Positions 62,461 to 64,000 of a stretch of DNA of 64,000 nucleotides are shown here, piece by piece. The position numbers and the translations under genes were made by a program. The DNA comes from Octopus vulgaris (lineage: Eukaryota). Where the stretch lies: contig OX597823.1 of the NCBI GenBank assembly GCA_951406725.2, positions 61,752,001-61,816,000 of the forward strand. The letters run 5' to 3'. The first letter of the stretch is position 1. Each line of letters begins with the position of its first letter. The notes under the pieces were generated by a model. It was not told where the DNA came from, made no database searches, and was given only the letters and a program-made list of their open reading frames with translations.

Positions 62461-64000
62461 CACACCAGCAGAAGGACCTGGTTTCACTCAGGTTATACTC
62501 ATAGTTTTAACACAGTACTCTTTGCTTGTAGTGTAATTTGGTTATGTAAATATTTTATAAAAGACCTGTTCGCACCTCAGTGAGAAATAATTTTTTTCTA
62601 TGAGTTTTTCCAAGTGCATGCAACGTATCTTACCTCTAAGCCTGACAAAGTCACATTTTTTCAGAAAAGAAAGTGGGGAGGAGTGGTGGGAACCTTTGAG
62701 TTTCCCACCAATGGAGTTTTGTGCTGCAGGTTTTGGTTATTCTTTTCAAAGTCATTTCACATACTTTCAATGAATGTGACATCTAAATAACATGTAAACG
62801 GCTTCTTTCCCCAGAAAAGGTCAGATTTGCCTGCTATTTCTAGCATGCGCTACTACCATGCAACAGCTTTTTGTGATAAAGGACCCACTGATATTTCACT
62901 GTGAAATAATTTTTTGACACCTACCCCGCTTTCTTTTCTGACAAAATGGCTTGCGGCAAGTTTGGAGGTTAGATATGTTAAATGTACTCATAAAACCTGT
63001 GGAAAAACTTTATTTCACACCAAGGTATGAACAGATCCTTTACAAAATATTTAACCATGATTATTTATTGATACACAATTACACCAGTAGAGAAGATTGC
63101 AAACAATGAAAGTAGCTGTAAAAAATATTTTGGTACCGGAAATCATTACAGCATTGTTATTTACCGATACACAAATACACCAGTACATCGTTTTTGTTTG
63201 ACCCTTCAGCCTTTCTGACATTTTGTTTATGAGCTGGTGTACACAAATACACTGGCAAAGAAGATTGTAAACAAGGGAAGTAGCTGTAATAATTTTTTGG
63301 TGCCGGACATCATTACAATGGTAAATGCTAGATAGAATAGTTGACAGAAGAACAAGAGAAAGATAGAGATGTGACATCATCATCGTTGTGGTATAAAATG
63401 TCCTTTACAATCTCATATGTAACAAATGTGCAAACACATACACATCCACATACACATACACACTCATATACAAAATGTGACATCATCGTCGTTATGGTAT
63501 AAGATGTCCTTTACTATAGTTGAAAATAGAAAGGTTATTTTCAAGCAAATATTATATTGTTTCAATCCAAATGAACATAAAAATTACAGGTTGATCCTCG
63601 TGGGTGTGTAATACTATTACCTTGTAAAATTGGGTTTGATTTGGTGGAGCCATTTGAGAATGCATAGGGAACAGACAAAGAATTTTATATAGAGAGATAC
63701 ATACATACATGCATATATACATATATGCATATGTATACATGAATACATACATACACACATATACATATACATATACATATATATATATATATACACACAC
63801 ACATATATATGTACATACATATATATATATATACATATATACATATATCTGTTTGTGTGTGTGTGTGTGTATGCATGTAGGTATATAAATTCCTGTGCTA
63901 ATTTTAAGGTATGTCTATGTATCCATGTGACCTACACATACATATAAGTATCTATGTATATACATATATATGCATGCATGTATATGCATACATGTATGTA

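Overview
AT-rich, repeat-saturated animal genomic DNA. The SINE families, RTE tails and very dense (TA/CA/TACA/GATA/AAT)n microsatellites look like an octopus or other coleoid cephalopod (recognition, not a database result). Most ORFs in the supplied track are microsatellite artefacts. Recognisable content: a full-length 5S rRNA copy fused to a tRNA-derived SINE; a truncated Penelope-like element (GIY-YIG fragment, inverted pseudo-LTRs, hammerhead ribozymes); a 5'-truncated CR1/L2-type LINE with an open RT frame; RTE and RLE-type LINE fragments; four Tc1/mariner relics (one DD37D); two hAT relics and a hAT MITE; and many SINEs. A CpG-rich island at about 8.05-8.55 kb carries tandem RFX X-box motifs and is a candidate divergent promoter, with a few weakly supported host exons on each strand. 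The most notable signal is about a dozen minimal type-I hammerhead ribozyme motifs, intact to decayed. They belong to several short non-coding element families that mostly sit in (TA)n tracts, including three different ones in tandem at 14.5-15.2 kb. All structures were assigned by eye; none was computed or tested.
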